From contig JBILLK010000016.1 in the NCBI GenBank assembly GCA_044376115.1, forward strand, positions 1 to 64,000: a stretch of DNA of 64,000 bases, read 5' to 3'. Positions 17,004-26,011 of the stretch are shown here, one piece after another (the stretch's first letter is position 1; every line of letters starts with the position of its first letter). Made by a program: the position numbers and the translations under genes. Source of the DNA: Polyangiaceae bacterium (GTDB lineage Bacteria; Myxococcota_A; Polyangia; Polyangiales; Polyangiaceae). The notes below the pieces were generated by a model that was not told the DNA's origin, ran no database searches, and was given only the letters and a program-made list of their open reading frames with translations.

Positions 17004-19208
17004 TTACTTGGTTGGGAAGCCGCGCTTCTTTAGCAGCGCGGTGACCTCGGGGTCGCGGCCGCGGAATTGACGATAGGCCTCGGCGCGGTCGGTCGAGTTG
17101 CCGGGCGCCAGGATGAATTTACGCATCTTGTCCGCGGTGGCCTTGTCGAAGACGTTGCCGGTCGCCGTGAAGGCCTCGCGTGAGTCCGCGTCCATCACTT
17201 CGGACCAAAGGTAACTGTAGTACCCAGCCGAGTACGAATCGCTGGTGAACAGGTGATTGAACTGCGGGAGCCTGTGCCGCATCACGACTTCCTTCGGTGC
17301 GCCGATGCGCTTCATCGTGTCGCGCTCAAAGGCGTCCGGGTCGATGTTCCCGTCCGCGAGCGTGTGTAACTCCATATCGACGATCGCCGCCGAGAGATAC
17401 TCGACCGTGGTGTAGCCGGTATTGAACTGGCTGGAGGCTACGACCTTATCCACCAGCGCCTGCGGCATCGGCTTCTTGGTCTTTACGTGCAGGGCGAACT
17501 TGTCGAGGACGGGGCGCGTGAGCACCCACATCTCGTGGACCTGCGAGGGGTACTCGACGAAGTCCCGCGGTGTCGAGGCGAGCCCGGGGTAATTGACCTC
17601 GGAGAGCAGACCGTGAAGCGCGTGACCAAACTCGTGGAACAACGTTTGGGCATCGTCGAGCGAGATCAGCACCGGCTCCTGATCGCCGCCCTTTTGGAAG
17701 TTGTTGTTGTTCGAGGTGATCGGCGTAATCACCTTCCCGGTGAAAGACTCTCGGCCGCGATAGCCCATGGCCCATGCACCGGAGCGCTTGTTCGCCCGGG
17801 CGAAGTAGTCACCGTAAAAGAGCCCTACATGTTTGGAGCTGGCTTTGTCTGTTACCTCCCAAACACGAATGTCCGGGCGGAAGGTGGGGACCTTCCCGGT
17901 AATTTCGGTAAAGCTCAAGCCGTACAGCTCCCCCGCCATGAAGAAGCTCGCCTGGATCATGTTATCGAGCGCGAAGTAAGGCTTTATCTCCGCTTGATCG
18001 AGGCTGTACTTCGCCTTGCGGACCTTCTCGGCGTAATAGAGATAGTCCCACGGCTCGAAGACGAGGTTCTTTACGTCCTTCTTGGCGATGGCGGTCATGT
18101 CTTTGACCTCCTCGCCAACTCGCGCGACAGCCGCGGGCCAGACCTTCATCATCAGGTCTTTGGCCTTCTTCGGATCGACGGCCATGGTGTCAGCCATTCG
18201 CCAATGCGCGTGCGAGGCATACCCAAGTAGCTTGGCGCGCTCGGCTCGCAGGCCCATGATTTTGCTGATGGTGCTGTTGGCGTCGTTCGCCCCGCCGTTG
18301 TCTCCGCGGTTTTTGAAGGACTTCCAAACCTTCTCGCGCAGGTCCCTACGGGAGGAGGAGGCCAAGAAGGGATCGACGCTCGAGCGCGTGTTCATCACCA
18401 CCCACTTGCCCTCGAGCCCCTTCTCCTTGGCAGCTGCGGCATAGGAGCTTTGCAGCGAGTCGGAGAGGCCGGCGAGGTCCTCCTTCTTCTCGAGTACGAC
18501 CCAGGTGTTCTCGTCCGCGAGGACCTTGTTACCAAAGTCGATGAACAGCACCGCGAGCTCCTGGTTGATGTCACCGAGCCGCTTCTTGCCCGCCGCATCC
18601 AGCTTGGCGCCGGCACGTACATACATATCGAAGGTGCGCTCCACCAAGCGCTTTTGCTCCGCCGTTAGCCCGGCTGAGTTGCGCGCCTCGTACACGGCGG
18701 TCAACCGAGCGAACAACTTCTCATTGAAGGTGATAGCGTCATAGGCCGCAGCGATCTTGGGGGACCACTCGCGATCGATCGTCTGGACGTCCTCGGTGTT
18801 GAGGTTGCTGGTGAAGACGCTAAACAGCGTCTCGGCGCGCGACTGATGGCGACCTGCGTTCTCCAGCGCAGCCACCGTGTTAGCAAAAGTTGGCGGCTCG
18901 CTGCTGTTGGCGATCGCTTCGGTCTCTGCGCTGAGCACGGCGATTCCTAGTTCGAAGGCGGCGGGAAACAGGCTGGGCTTCAGCTTGTCCCAAGGGGGAA
19001 CACCGCCGTAAGAGCCTTGCCACTCGCTCAGCACCAGGTCCTGGTTCGCCTTGGCGAGAAGGTCGCTCAGGCTAGGCTTCTGCTCCGCCGTGGGAGCAGA
19101 AACCGCGGCCGATGCTGTCTTCTGCGGAACCGTTGCAACATTGTGAGAGGGGCCACACGCTAGGAGCATCGTGGCGAACCCTGTTAGCTTGAGGAGTTCG
19201 TTCGACAT
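17004..19208 (-). CDS. dcp: M3 family metallopeptidase (peptidyl-dipeptidase Dcp-like), lipoprotein
   Basis: HEFGH zinc motif, KRSGAW, DFVEYPSQ, YSAGYYSYLW and FRGRDP. N-terminal LLAC lipobox. Confidence 0.9.
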   Translation of the reverse strand: MSNELLKLTGFATMLLACGPSHNVATVPQKTASAAVSAPTAEQKPSLSDLLAKANQDLVLSEWQGSYGGVPPWDKLKPSLFPAAFELGIAVLSAETEAIANSSEPPTFANTVAALENAGRHQSRAETLFSVFTSNLNTEDVQTIDREWSPKIAAAYDAITFNEKLFARLTAVYEARNSAGLTAEQKRLVERTFDMYVRAGAKLDAAGKKRLGDINQELAVLFIDFGNKVLADENTWVVLEKKEDLAGLSDSLQSSYAAAAKEKGLEGKWVVMNTRSSVDPFLASSSRRDLREKVWKSFKNRGDNGGANDANSTISKIMGLRAERAKLLGYASHAHWRMADTMAVDPKKAKDLMMKVWPAAVARVGEEVKDMTAIAKKDVKNLVFEPWDYLYYAEKVRKAKYSLDQAEIKPYFALDNMIQASFFMAGELYGLSFTEITGKVPTFRPDIRVWEVTDKASSKHVGLFYGDYFARANKRSGAWAMGYRGRESFTGKVITPITSNNNNFQKGGDQEPVLISLDDAQTLFHEFGHALHGLLSEVNYPGLASTPRDFVEYPSQVHEMWVLTRPVLDKFALHVKTKKPMPQALVDKVVASSQFNTGYTTVEYLSAAIVDMELHTLADGNIDPDAFERDTMKRIGAPKEVVMRHRLPQFNHLFTSDSYSAGYYSYLWSEVMDADSREAFTATGNVFDKATADKMRKFILAPGNSTDRAEAYRQFRGRDPEVTALLKKRGFPTK

Positions 19209-19254
19209 GCGCCCTTGTGCACCGGCCGGCGTTCGGAAGCACGCACTACTAGCC

Positions 19255-19896
19255 TCAGGGCGCCGAGAACAACGCTACAAGCGACTGCACGAGGTCCTCG
19301 TCGAAGGCCTCCCGTGGCAGATCCAAGCCGCTCTCCCGCAGCCGCTGGAACGCCGCCAGGGAGCCGAACAATACGCTCGCGGTGCGGAGCATTCGCAGCG
19401 GAATGAGCCGGCTATCTTTCATTCGTAGGTAAGGTCCCAACCGCTGCATCAACTCGGAGGCGCCAGGGCCGTTGGCGGCGCGCAGCGAGGGCAGCGGGTA
19501 GCTCTTGCTGAAGGATAGCTCCGCGCAAATTTGAAGGTACTGCGGCCCCCCGTCTGCGTCGTCGAGCTTGGCGGCCAAGGGCGTGACGAGCACCCTGACG
19601 AGATTCTCCAGCGACTCGCCCCCTTGCGCTTGCAAGGCGGCGATCTGTGCCGGGAAGGCCGCGTCGACGGGGTCAGAGTGCCGGCTCAGCAGCGCCTCCA
19701 AGAGATCTCTCTTGTCACCGAAGTGATAAAGCACGGCCGAGTGGTTGCGCTGCCCAGCGTGCGCAGCCACTTCACGTAACGACACCGCGTCCACTCCACG
19801 TTCGGCAAAAAGAGCCTCCGCTGAGCGAAGAATTGCAAGCTGAGTAACCTCGGCCTTCACGACTCCATGGTTAGTGCGTTTGGTCGCACTTGTCAT
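19255..19896 (-). CDS. TetR/AcrR family transcriptional regulator
   Basis: AEALFAERGVDAVSLREVAAHAG...AVLYHFGDK HTH. Confidence 0.92.
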   Translation of the reverse strand: MTSATKRTNHGVVKAEVTQLAILRSAEALFAERGVDAVSLREVAAHAGQRNHSAVLYHFGDKRDLLEALLSRHSDPVDAAFPAQIAALQAQGGESLENLVRVLVTPLAAKLDDADGGPQYLQICAELSFSKSYPLPSLRAANGPGASELMQRLGPYLRMKDSRLIPLRMLRTASVLFGSLAAFQRLRESGLDLPREAFDEDLVQSLVALFSAP

Positions 19897-19915
19897 CGCT
19901 CATGCGCGGCGCCGC

Positions 19916-19932
19916 ATGATGGTGGTCATCAT
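19916..19932. promoter_or_regulatory. Candidate TetR operator (ATGATG-N5-CATCAT)
   Basis: Inverted repeat 20 bp upstream of the TetR start. Function inferred only. Confidence 0.3.
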
Positions 19933-20136
19933 ACCGCCATGACGGCTTGCTCTCCGTCCGAGAACCCTTCGGATAACCTTGTAAGGATCAAAGCTGAGCG
20001 GCGCCGTGGCCGAACAATCGCTATGCGTTTAAGCTGACTCCTCCAAGTCTGCTCCAGTGGCGGCCAGAACCGACTTTAGGGCGAAAAAAGACTTCGAATC
20101 AGCTACGGTCACGCCTGCGCTTCGGCGCCCCGCCGC

Positions 20137-21549
20137 GTGAACCTCGTATTTTCTCTCTCTGCTGCCGCCTGCTTGCTCGGGCTCTTTTTTGCCGGGTTTT
20201 CGTGGTTTATGGCGCGCGCTCCAGGCCTGGGCCAGCTGAACGCTTTCGGCTGGTCCTGTCTCACCGGCGCAGCGTATGCGGCTTGCAACTCCGTCATGCT
20301 GGCTCCTGTTTCACCCGAGGTGGGCGTGTGGACCTGCCGCGTGAGCATGGTGATTGCCGGAATGCATGGGGCCTCCTGGTTCTTTTACCGCGCAGCGCGC
20401 GAGCATCGGTCGCTCTCGCGTATTGAGCAGGGGCTGGTCGCTTTTGGGGTGGGCGGTGCCCTGCTGGCGTTGATACCAAACGCTCTCTATGGAGATCCCT
20501 GGGAACACCATATCCCGTGGCTTGGGGTCACCTACCAAGATGCACGCGCCACCACGCTTGGGGAACTCTGTTTTGCGTACTTTGCTTTGGCGCTCTGTTT
20601 GCCGTTCTTTCGGAGCGTTCGGGCGCTCTCTGCTGGTGACCGGACTGAACTAGCAGACACGGTAGGAATGGGGCTCTTGCTACTTGCCGGGGTGAATGAT
20701 GGCCTGGTTTCGTCGGGCATTTCCCCGCTCCCCTACTTATTAGATCTGGGTTACTTGCTATTGATCTGTTCGGTGGCTGCGTCCCTCGCGGCGCGCTTCC
20801 GGGCCACTACGATTCGCTTGGTCGAAGCGCAGGCCGAGCTCTTGAAGCATGAACGGCTCGCTGCGCTAGGCGAAATGTCGGCCGTGGTAGCGCATGAGGT
20901 GCGCAATCCGGTGGCTGTCATCTTCAATGCCTTAGCGACGATCCGCAAGCAGTCACCGTCGGAGGCTCAGCGCGCGGAGCTCCTCGAGATCGTCGAGGAG
21001 GAGGCTGGCCGACTCAATCGCATGGTCTCCAATCTGCTCGAGTTCGCCAGGCCGCGCTATGTCGCAATGTCGCTCGTCGATCTGCCCAAGTCGGTGAGCA
21101 GCGCCGTGCAAGGTGCCTCTGCTGCGCGGGCGGGTGATCAGCCTGCTAGCCCCGGGTCGATCGTCGTTCGGCTCGCGCAGGATCTTCCCCCGCTGCAGTG
21201 CGACCCGGAGCTTTTGCGCCAGGCGCTGATGAACCTGATCTCAAACGCTCTACAATCGCCGGGTCGACGCGGGCCGGTCGTGGTGGAAGCCACGCTGGAT
21301 GCACCGCGTAACCGCGTCGAGCTTTCTGTCATTGACGATGGCGAGGGTGTTCAGCGAGAGGATGAACAAAGGATCTTTCATCCTTTTTTCACCACGCGCC
21401 CAACCGGGGTAGGGCTAGGCCTTCCCGTGGTGATGCGTATCGCTGAAGCGCACGGAGGAGAGCTCGTCTATCGCGGGACAGCCGGTGGCGGCGCCACCTT
21501 CACCCTTTGTTTGCCTATTGGTGCCTCCGCGTCAGCGCCGCAGTCGTAG
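20137..21549 (+). CDS. Membrane sensor histidine kinase (about 7 TM)
   Basis: H box VAHEVRNP, N box NLISNA, DDGEG, FHPFFTT and GVGLGL. Confidence 0.93.
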   Translation: MNLVFSLSAAACLLGLFFAGFSWFMARAPGLGQLNAFGWSCLTGAAYAACNSVMLAPVSPEVGVWTCRVSMVIAGMHGASWFFYRAAREHRSLSRIEQGLVAFGVGGALLALIPNALYGDPWEHHIPWLGVTYQDARATTLGELCFAYFALALCLPFFRSVRALSAGDRTELADTVGMGLLLLAGVNDGLVSSGISPLPYLLDLGYLLLICSVAASLAARFRATTIRLVEAQAELLKHERLAALGEMSAVVAHEVRNPVAVIFNALATIRKQSPSEAQRAELLEIVEEEAGRLNRMVSNLLEFARPRYVAMSLVDLPKSVSSAVQGASAARAGDQPASPGSIVVRLAQDLPPLQCDPELLRQALMNLISNALQSPGRRGPVVVEATLDAPRNRVELSVIDDGEGVQREDEQRIFHPFFTTRPTGVGLGLPVVMRIAEAHGGELVYRGTAGGGATFTLCLPIGASASAPQS

Positions 21550-22389
21550 AAAGCCAGCGCGGTCGAGTTCCACAGCGTTCTCTTTCAGCAGTTTGCCGAC
21601 GGCGCGTTTGAACGACTTTTTGCTCAAGCCAAACCAACGGCGCAGCTCTTCGGGACTCGACTTGTCCCCGAGCCGAGGTACGTCGGCTCGGGCGATGACC
21701 TCGAGGATCTTGGCTGCGTCATTGACGACCTCTTCGTGGGGAAGGGCTCGTAGCGATAACTCCAATTTGCCATCCGCCAAGACGCGGCTAACTCTGAATC
21801 TTGCGGCTTGCCCGCGCGCGAGGTTGTGCGGTTCTGACGCTGGGACCATGCCCACGGCGCGGCGCTCCAGAATAACGAATAACCCCTTGTCCTGCTCGTT
21901 GCGCCAAGCCTCCCCTTGCAGGTAGTCGCCCGCTTTTGCGGCGATCGAGTTCTGCCGCAAGAGCTCCGCCACGCGCGTCGTACCTATCAATCTTCGTGAC
22001 GCGTCCAGCTTGATCCCAACCGCATAGCTCCCACCCACGTTCAATTCGCTGGTCTGTTCAGCGAACGGTACGAGCAGCTCTTTGGCCATGCCCCAATCCA
22101 CGAAGGCGCCAAAGTCTGTGCGGGCGGTAACCTTGAGAAACGCGACTTGCCCGCGCTCGAGCTTGGGGCGCCGAGTCGTGGCGATCGGTCGCGCTTCCGA
22201 GTCGAGGTGGACGAATACCTCGAGCTTGTCACCGACCTCTGCACCTTCCGGAACCTCCGGCCCGATCAGCAAAACGGTTGAATCGGGCCGGCTGTCGTCA
22301 AACGCGCCGACGTCCAAGAATGCCCCCGGCGGACCAAATCGTTTGATCGGGAGAGTGACGGTCGTAGCAAGCAGGTCGTCGAAGGCCAT
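21532..22389 (-). CDS. cvfB: CvfB-family S1 RNA-binding protein
   Basis: GAFLD, FGAFVDWGMAKELLVPF.EQ, and C-terminal DKSSPEE...FGLSKKSFKRAVGKL winged helix. Confidence 0.88.
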   Translation of the reverse strand: MAFDDLLATTVTLPIKRFGPPGAFLDVGAFDDSRPDSTVLLIGPEVPEGAEVGDKLEVFVHLDSEARPIATTRRPKLERGQVAFLKVTARTDFGAFVDWGMAKELLVPFAEQTSELNVGGSYAVGIKLDASRRLIGTTRVAELLRQNSIAAKAGDYLQGEAWRNEQDKGLFVILERRAVGMVPASEPHNLARGQAARFRVSRVLADGKLELSLRALPHEEVVNDAAKILEVIARADVPRLGDKSSPEELRRWFGLSKKSFKRAVGKLLKENAVELDRAGFLRLRR

Positions 22390-22445
22390 GCGTCGACCCT
22401 ACACAACTGCAACACGAGCGGCCATCCTCGAACCGTGTGCGACGC

Positions 22446-23069
22446 TCAGTTGCAGCACTTGAGCGCTTGCGGTTTCCCACAGCTCATTGGGTCGGGGTCA
22501 CATTGATTCAACCAAGGCAACAGTGGTCCGAGCGTAACGTCCTTGCTACTGGTATGGAGCAGCCGCCCGCCCAGGTCTCGAGCTTCGACGTAAATCTCCG
22601 CTAAAGCGCCCTCGTTCGCCTCGGGGGGTAGCTCAATCCCGTCAGCCAATAGCGCGTAAAAACCCGCCGCTTGATTGGAGTGTAGAGTCACGACTCGCTC
22701 TCCCGCCGAGGCGAACGGAACTCCGTTGGGAGCTCGTGCTGCAACCAGGACCTGAAGTTCGCTTGGGCAGTCCTCACATAGGATCGCGGCCCATAGGTGA
22801 ACCCCGCCCTGGGGACCGGCCACGCGGGGAACTGTTTGCCCCGCCCTTAGAGACTCAAAGCATACTTCTCCGGTTCCGATCTCGAACGCGGCTGTCGCAC
22901 CGACCTCACCGCAAGGCGACGGCGCAACGCCGCTGGTCGCGCCAGCCCCATCAACGGCGCTTGAGCCACCGCGTCCTCCGTCGTCGAGGGTGTCGCTCTC
23001 GCTCAGAAGGCAGCTCGAAAGCAGCAGGTAAAGTGCTGCCAAGCGCGTCGTGGTTGGGCGAACTGCCAC
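22446..23069 (-). CDS. Hypothetical lipoprotein
   Basis: LSSC lipobox-like N-terminus, EIGTG...GPQGG.H.W motif, Cys-rich tail. Start uncertain. Confidence 0.55.
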   Translation of the reverse strand: MAVRPTTTRLAALYLLLSSCLLSESDTLDDGGRGGSSAVDGAGATSGVAPSPCGEVGATAAFEIGTGEVCFESLRAGQTVPRVAGPQGGVHLWAAILCEDCPSELQVLVAARAPNGVPFASAGERVVTLHSNQAAGFYALLADGIELPPEANEGALAEIYVEARDLGGRLLHTSSKDVTLGPLLPWLNQCDPDPMSCGKPQALKCCN

Positions 23070-23195
23070 GAGGCCATCCTTGCTGCAGCGTTGACTTTGG
23101 GCAAGGTGCATCAGAGCGCGGGGTCGAAAGTAGCGTTAGGAAACCTTTTCGTTAAGGTTACCCCATGTGTGCCGTTCCCATCGGTAGTGGTGCCT

Positions 23196-23777
23196 ATGAC
23201 AACCGCGCCTTACCAGAGTGCTCCTCCTCCCAGCTTTGCGCGGCCAGCCATGCCAGCCAACGAGGAGAGCCGCTTGGCGGCGCTTCACGCGCTCTCGCTG
23301 CTCGATTCGGGCGCTGATAGCCGCTTTGATCGGCTGACCGAGCTGGCCGCAGACTTCTTCACCGTACCCATCGCAGTCGTAAGTTTGGTCGACGCTAATC
23401 GACAATGGTTCAAATCGGCCTGTGGCCTGAGCGTGAAGGAAACTCCGCGCGACATCTCCTTTTGCGGACACGCGATTCACGAGGAGGCGCTTTTGGTGGT
23501 GGAGGACGCCACGCTCGATCCCCGGTTCGCCAATAACCCGTTGGTCCTTGGGCCGCCGCACGTTTGCTTCTATGCGGGCGCCGTGCTGCGAGACGTGTCG
23601 AGCCACGCCATCGGTACGCTCTGCCTCATCGATAGCAAGCCAAGGGTCTTCTCCGAGCAGGATAGGCGCCGGCTCGTTTCCTTCGGCGAGTTGGTAGAGC
23701 AAGAGGTGGCTCACCACACCGACATCCTTCACTTGCGCGGCGTGCTTACCCAGCTCGAACTCGAGACAACGCTCTGA
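23196..23777 (+). CDS. Stand-alone GAF domain protein
   Basis: EESRLAAL...LLDS...FDRLT, RQWFKS, ISFCGHAI, DPRFANNPLV, FYAG and IGTLCLID motifs. Confidence 0.88.
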   Translation: MTTAPYQSAPPPSFARPAMPANEESRLAALHALSLLDSGADSRFDRLTELAADFFTVPIAVVSLVDANRQWFKSACGLSVKETPRDISFCGHAIHEEALLVVEDATLDPRFANNPLVLGPPHVCFYAGAVLRDVSSHAIGTLCLIDSKPRVFSEQDRRRLVSFGELVEQEVAHHTDILHLRGVLTQLELETTL

Positions 23778-23805
23778 GCAAGCCGACAACGCTCTGAGGC
23801 AAGCC
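23765..23805. repeat. 20/21-bp tandem duplication spanning the GAF gene stop codon
   Basis: GACAACGCTCTGAGCAAGCC followed by GACAACGCTCTGAGGCAAGCC. Confidence 0.85.
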
Positions 23806-23813
23806 ACTGGACG

Positions 23814-23847
23814 AAAAAAAGCCCAACCTCCGAAGAGGTTGGGCTTT
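23814..23847 (-). terminator. Rho-independent terminator (possibly bidirectional)
   Basis: Minus strand GCCCAACCTC-TTCG-GAGGTTGGGC followed by T7, downstream of the RRM gene. Confidence 0.9.
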
Positions 23848-23899
23848 CCGTTATCAACCCGCTGCTGAACCCGAGGGCTCAGCTACGGCTTGATGAGTC

Positions 23900-24238
23900 T
23901 TACCAGCGGTTTCCGCCGCCACCGCCACGGCCGCCGCCGCCGCTGCGACCGCCGCCACCGCCGCCGCCACCACCGCCGCCACCGCGGCTCTGGCGCTCCT
24001 CGGCCTCATTGACCTTGAGCGGACGGCCGTCGAGAAGGGCGCCGTTCATCTCACGGATGGCCTTCTGGGCTGCTTCTGCAGTGCCCATGGTCACGAAGCC
24101 GAAGCCGCGCGATTGGCCGGTCTCACGATCGGAGACAAGATGCACGTCCGTGATTTCACCAAACGCCGAGAAGGCGTTGCGGACGGAGTCCTGGTTTGCG
24201 TTAAAGGAGAGGTTGCCGACGTAGAGACGATTGCCCAT
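23900..24238 (-). CDS. RRM (RNP-1) RNA-binding protein with Gly/Arg-rich tail
   Basis: RNP2 LYVGNL, RNP1 RGFGFVTM, GRPLKVNEA and an RGG tail. Confidence 0.95.
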   Translation of the reverse strand: MGNRLYVGNLSFNANQDSVRNAFSAFGEITDVHLVSDRETGQSRGFGFVTMGTAEAAQKAIREMNGALLDGRPLKVNEAEERQSRGGGGGGGGGGGGRSGGGGRGGGGGNRW

Positions 24239-24499
24239 GAGATTCTCGATTCGTAGAAACGGCCTGCGTAAGTTGCCATCCAATCAGCCGTGGGATCGGA
24301 AGGAGGGTTTTGGAACTTCTTCCTCAACCCTCGCGTCGTTGCCTTTTGCAGCGAGGTCCGCGGTCCCGGAGTGAAGCGAGAGAGCGTCGTCGTGTAGCGG
24401 GAAACTTGCCTGAGACACGTTCGTAAGTCGGAAGCGTGGTGCGCGCAAGGAAGTCTTTTCAAATCACGACTTATTCTCGCGAACGACGACGGGCAGCGC

Positions 24500-25741
24500 T
24501 CAGGGCTCGAGCAGCGAACTCGGCGGGGCGGGACAGTCGAGCGTACGGATGAAGGCCACCAGGTCGTCAACGTTGCGGCCCACGTTCACGCCATCGAGCA
24601 ACGGATCGAGCTGGCCAACCTGTGCGCCGTTGTTCCCTTGCCCGTCGTTGTCCCCTTGTCCGTCGTTGTCCCCACCTCGGCCGCCGCGACGATAGGTATT
24701 TCGAATGAAGCCCTCGAGGGTTTCGTGTTCGCCGGTGTGGCCGAAGAAGCGACGTTGGCCAGCCCCTCGAAGACTGGCGGTTCGGAACGCACCTCGGGTG
24801 CCGGTCTCACCGCTCATCGAAGCGAGCTTCGCGGCGCCCGCCGCAGGGTCGTCGGAGTAGCTACCCGCGCCATTGAACGGATTGGCGAGAAGCGCCGGAA
24901 TCGCCCGTTCTCGACCGACATCCTGGGCGTTCTCACTCAAACCCAAGTTGTGGAACTCACCATCGGAGAACGCCTTGCCGCTGTGGCAGCGTACGCAGCC
25001 TTCCTGCATGAAAGCCGCGGCGCCGCTGGTCTCTTCGTCGGTCAATTCGATTTCCCCTCGCACCCACTGATCGAAGCGGGTTTCGGTGCAGAGCAGCTTT
25101 CGTTCGTAGGCCTCAATCGACTTCCCGACATTGCTGAAGATGCGCTGTGCGACGTCTTTTTGGGCGTCGGTCATCGATTGCCATTCGGCCGAATCGGGCT
25201 TTGCTCGTGCGGGTAAGTCGCTCAAGTCGGGGAGCGGACCAAAGACTGCCTCGTAGTCTGTGCGGTAGTGCTCTGCGATGAAGTGAGCCACCTCGTTGCG
25301 AGTGAAGTCCATTTCTTTCGGGTTCTCGAGCGCCATGAGCGGTTGCAGCCAAAGCGAATCTGCGCCGCCGTCCCACAAGAAGAAGGTCTGCATCGCCGCA
25401 GCGGTAACTGGCATCGCGTGCCGCGCGCCGAGCTGGCCCTCCACGCCCTCTGATCGCGGCCTCGGGTCCGAGAAGCCTTCGTTGGGGTCGTGGCAGGAGG
25501 CACACGCGACCTCCCCCGTTCTGCTGAGTCGCTGGTCGAAGAATAGCTGTTGTCCGAGCGCTGCCGCCTCCGGGTTATCCGCATAGGCGTTGGTGCTCGA
25601 AGGCGGCAAATCGCTCGCCACGAGCTCCATCTGCAGCAGCTCTTCTTCGTTCGCGGTGTCGAGGTCGCGACCATCGCCGTCGCGCTCGCAGGCGAACAAG
25701 ACCAAAGCGGAGAAATACGGCAGCAACGCGCGCATACGCAT
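24500..25741 (-). CDS. Di-heme cytochrome c peroxidase/MauG superfamily lipoprotein
   Basis: LFFDQRLS, CASCH, FLWDG, CVRCH, FHNLG and FRTASLR. LFAC lipobox. Confidence 0.88.
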   Translation of the reverse strand: MRMRALLPYFSALVLFACERDGDGRDLDTANEEELLQMELVASDLPPSSTNAYADNPEAAALGQQLFFDQRLSRTGEVACASCHDPNEGFSDPRPRSEGVEGQLGARHAMPVTAAAMQTFFLWDGGADSLWLQPLMALENPKEMDFTRNEVAHFIAEHYRTDYEAVFGPLPDLSDLPARAKPDSAEWQSMTDAQKDVAQRIFSNVGKSIEAYERKLLCTETRFDQWVRGEIELTDEETSGAAAFMQEGCVRCHSGKAFSDGEFHNLGLSENAQDVGRERAIPALLANPFNGAGSYSDDPAAGAAKLASMSGETGTRGAFRTASLRGAGQRRFFGHTGEHETLEGFIRNTYRRGGRGGDNDGQGDNDGQGNNGAQVGQLDPLLDGVNVGRNVDDLVAFIRTLDCPAPPSSLLEP

Positions 25742-26011
25742 AATAGGGCTACTTCCTTTCGTGCTGACTTGCGCCGCGTCGCCTTGAACAGGTTCAAAAC
25801 CTGCGAACGAGAAGGCTCCCCGTCGTCCCGAGGCGCGAGTCAGTCATCGTGTTTGTTTGTGTTGGCCGCTGCCCAACAATCCCTTCACCGTCGACTGCGG
25901 ATTCTGCACTATCGGTCGCTGGCGCAGCCTGTAGGACATCGGCGGCAGCGAGTTTTGGGCGGGTATCGAGCTGAAGTCCGCAGCGCAAAGCGCCGTGTTA
26001 GCTTCCACAAA

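Noticed and set aside
24625..24675. 18-bp repeats in the peroxidase gene
   Set aside because: They encode a short DNDGQG low-complexity loop with no sign of separate function.
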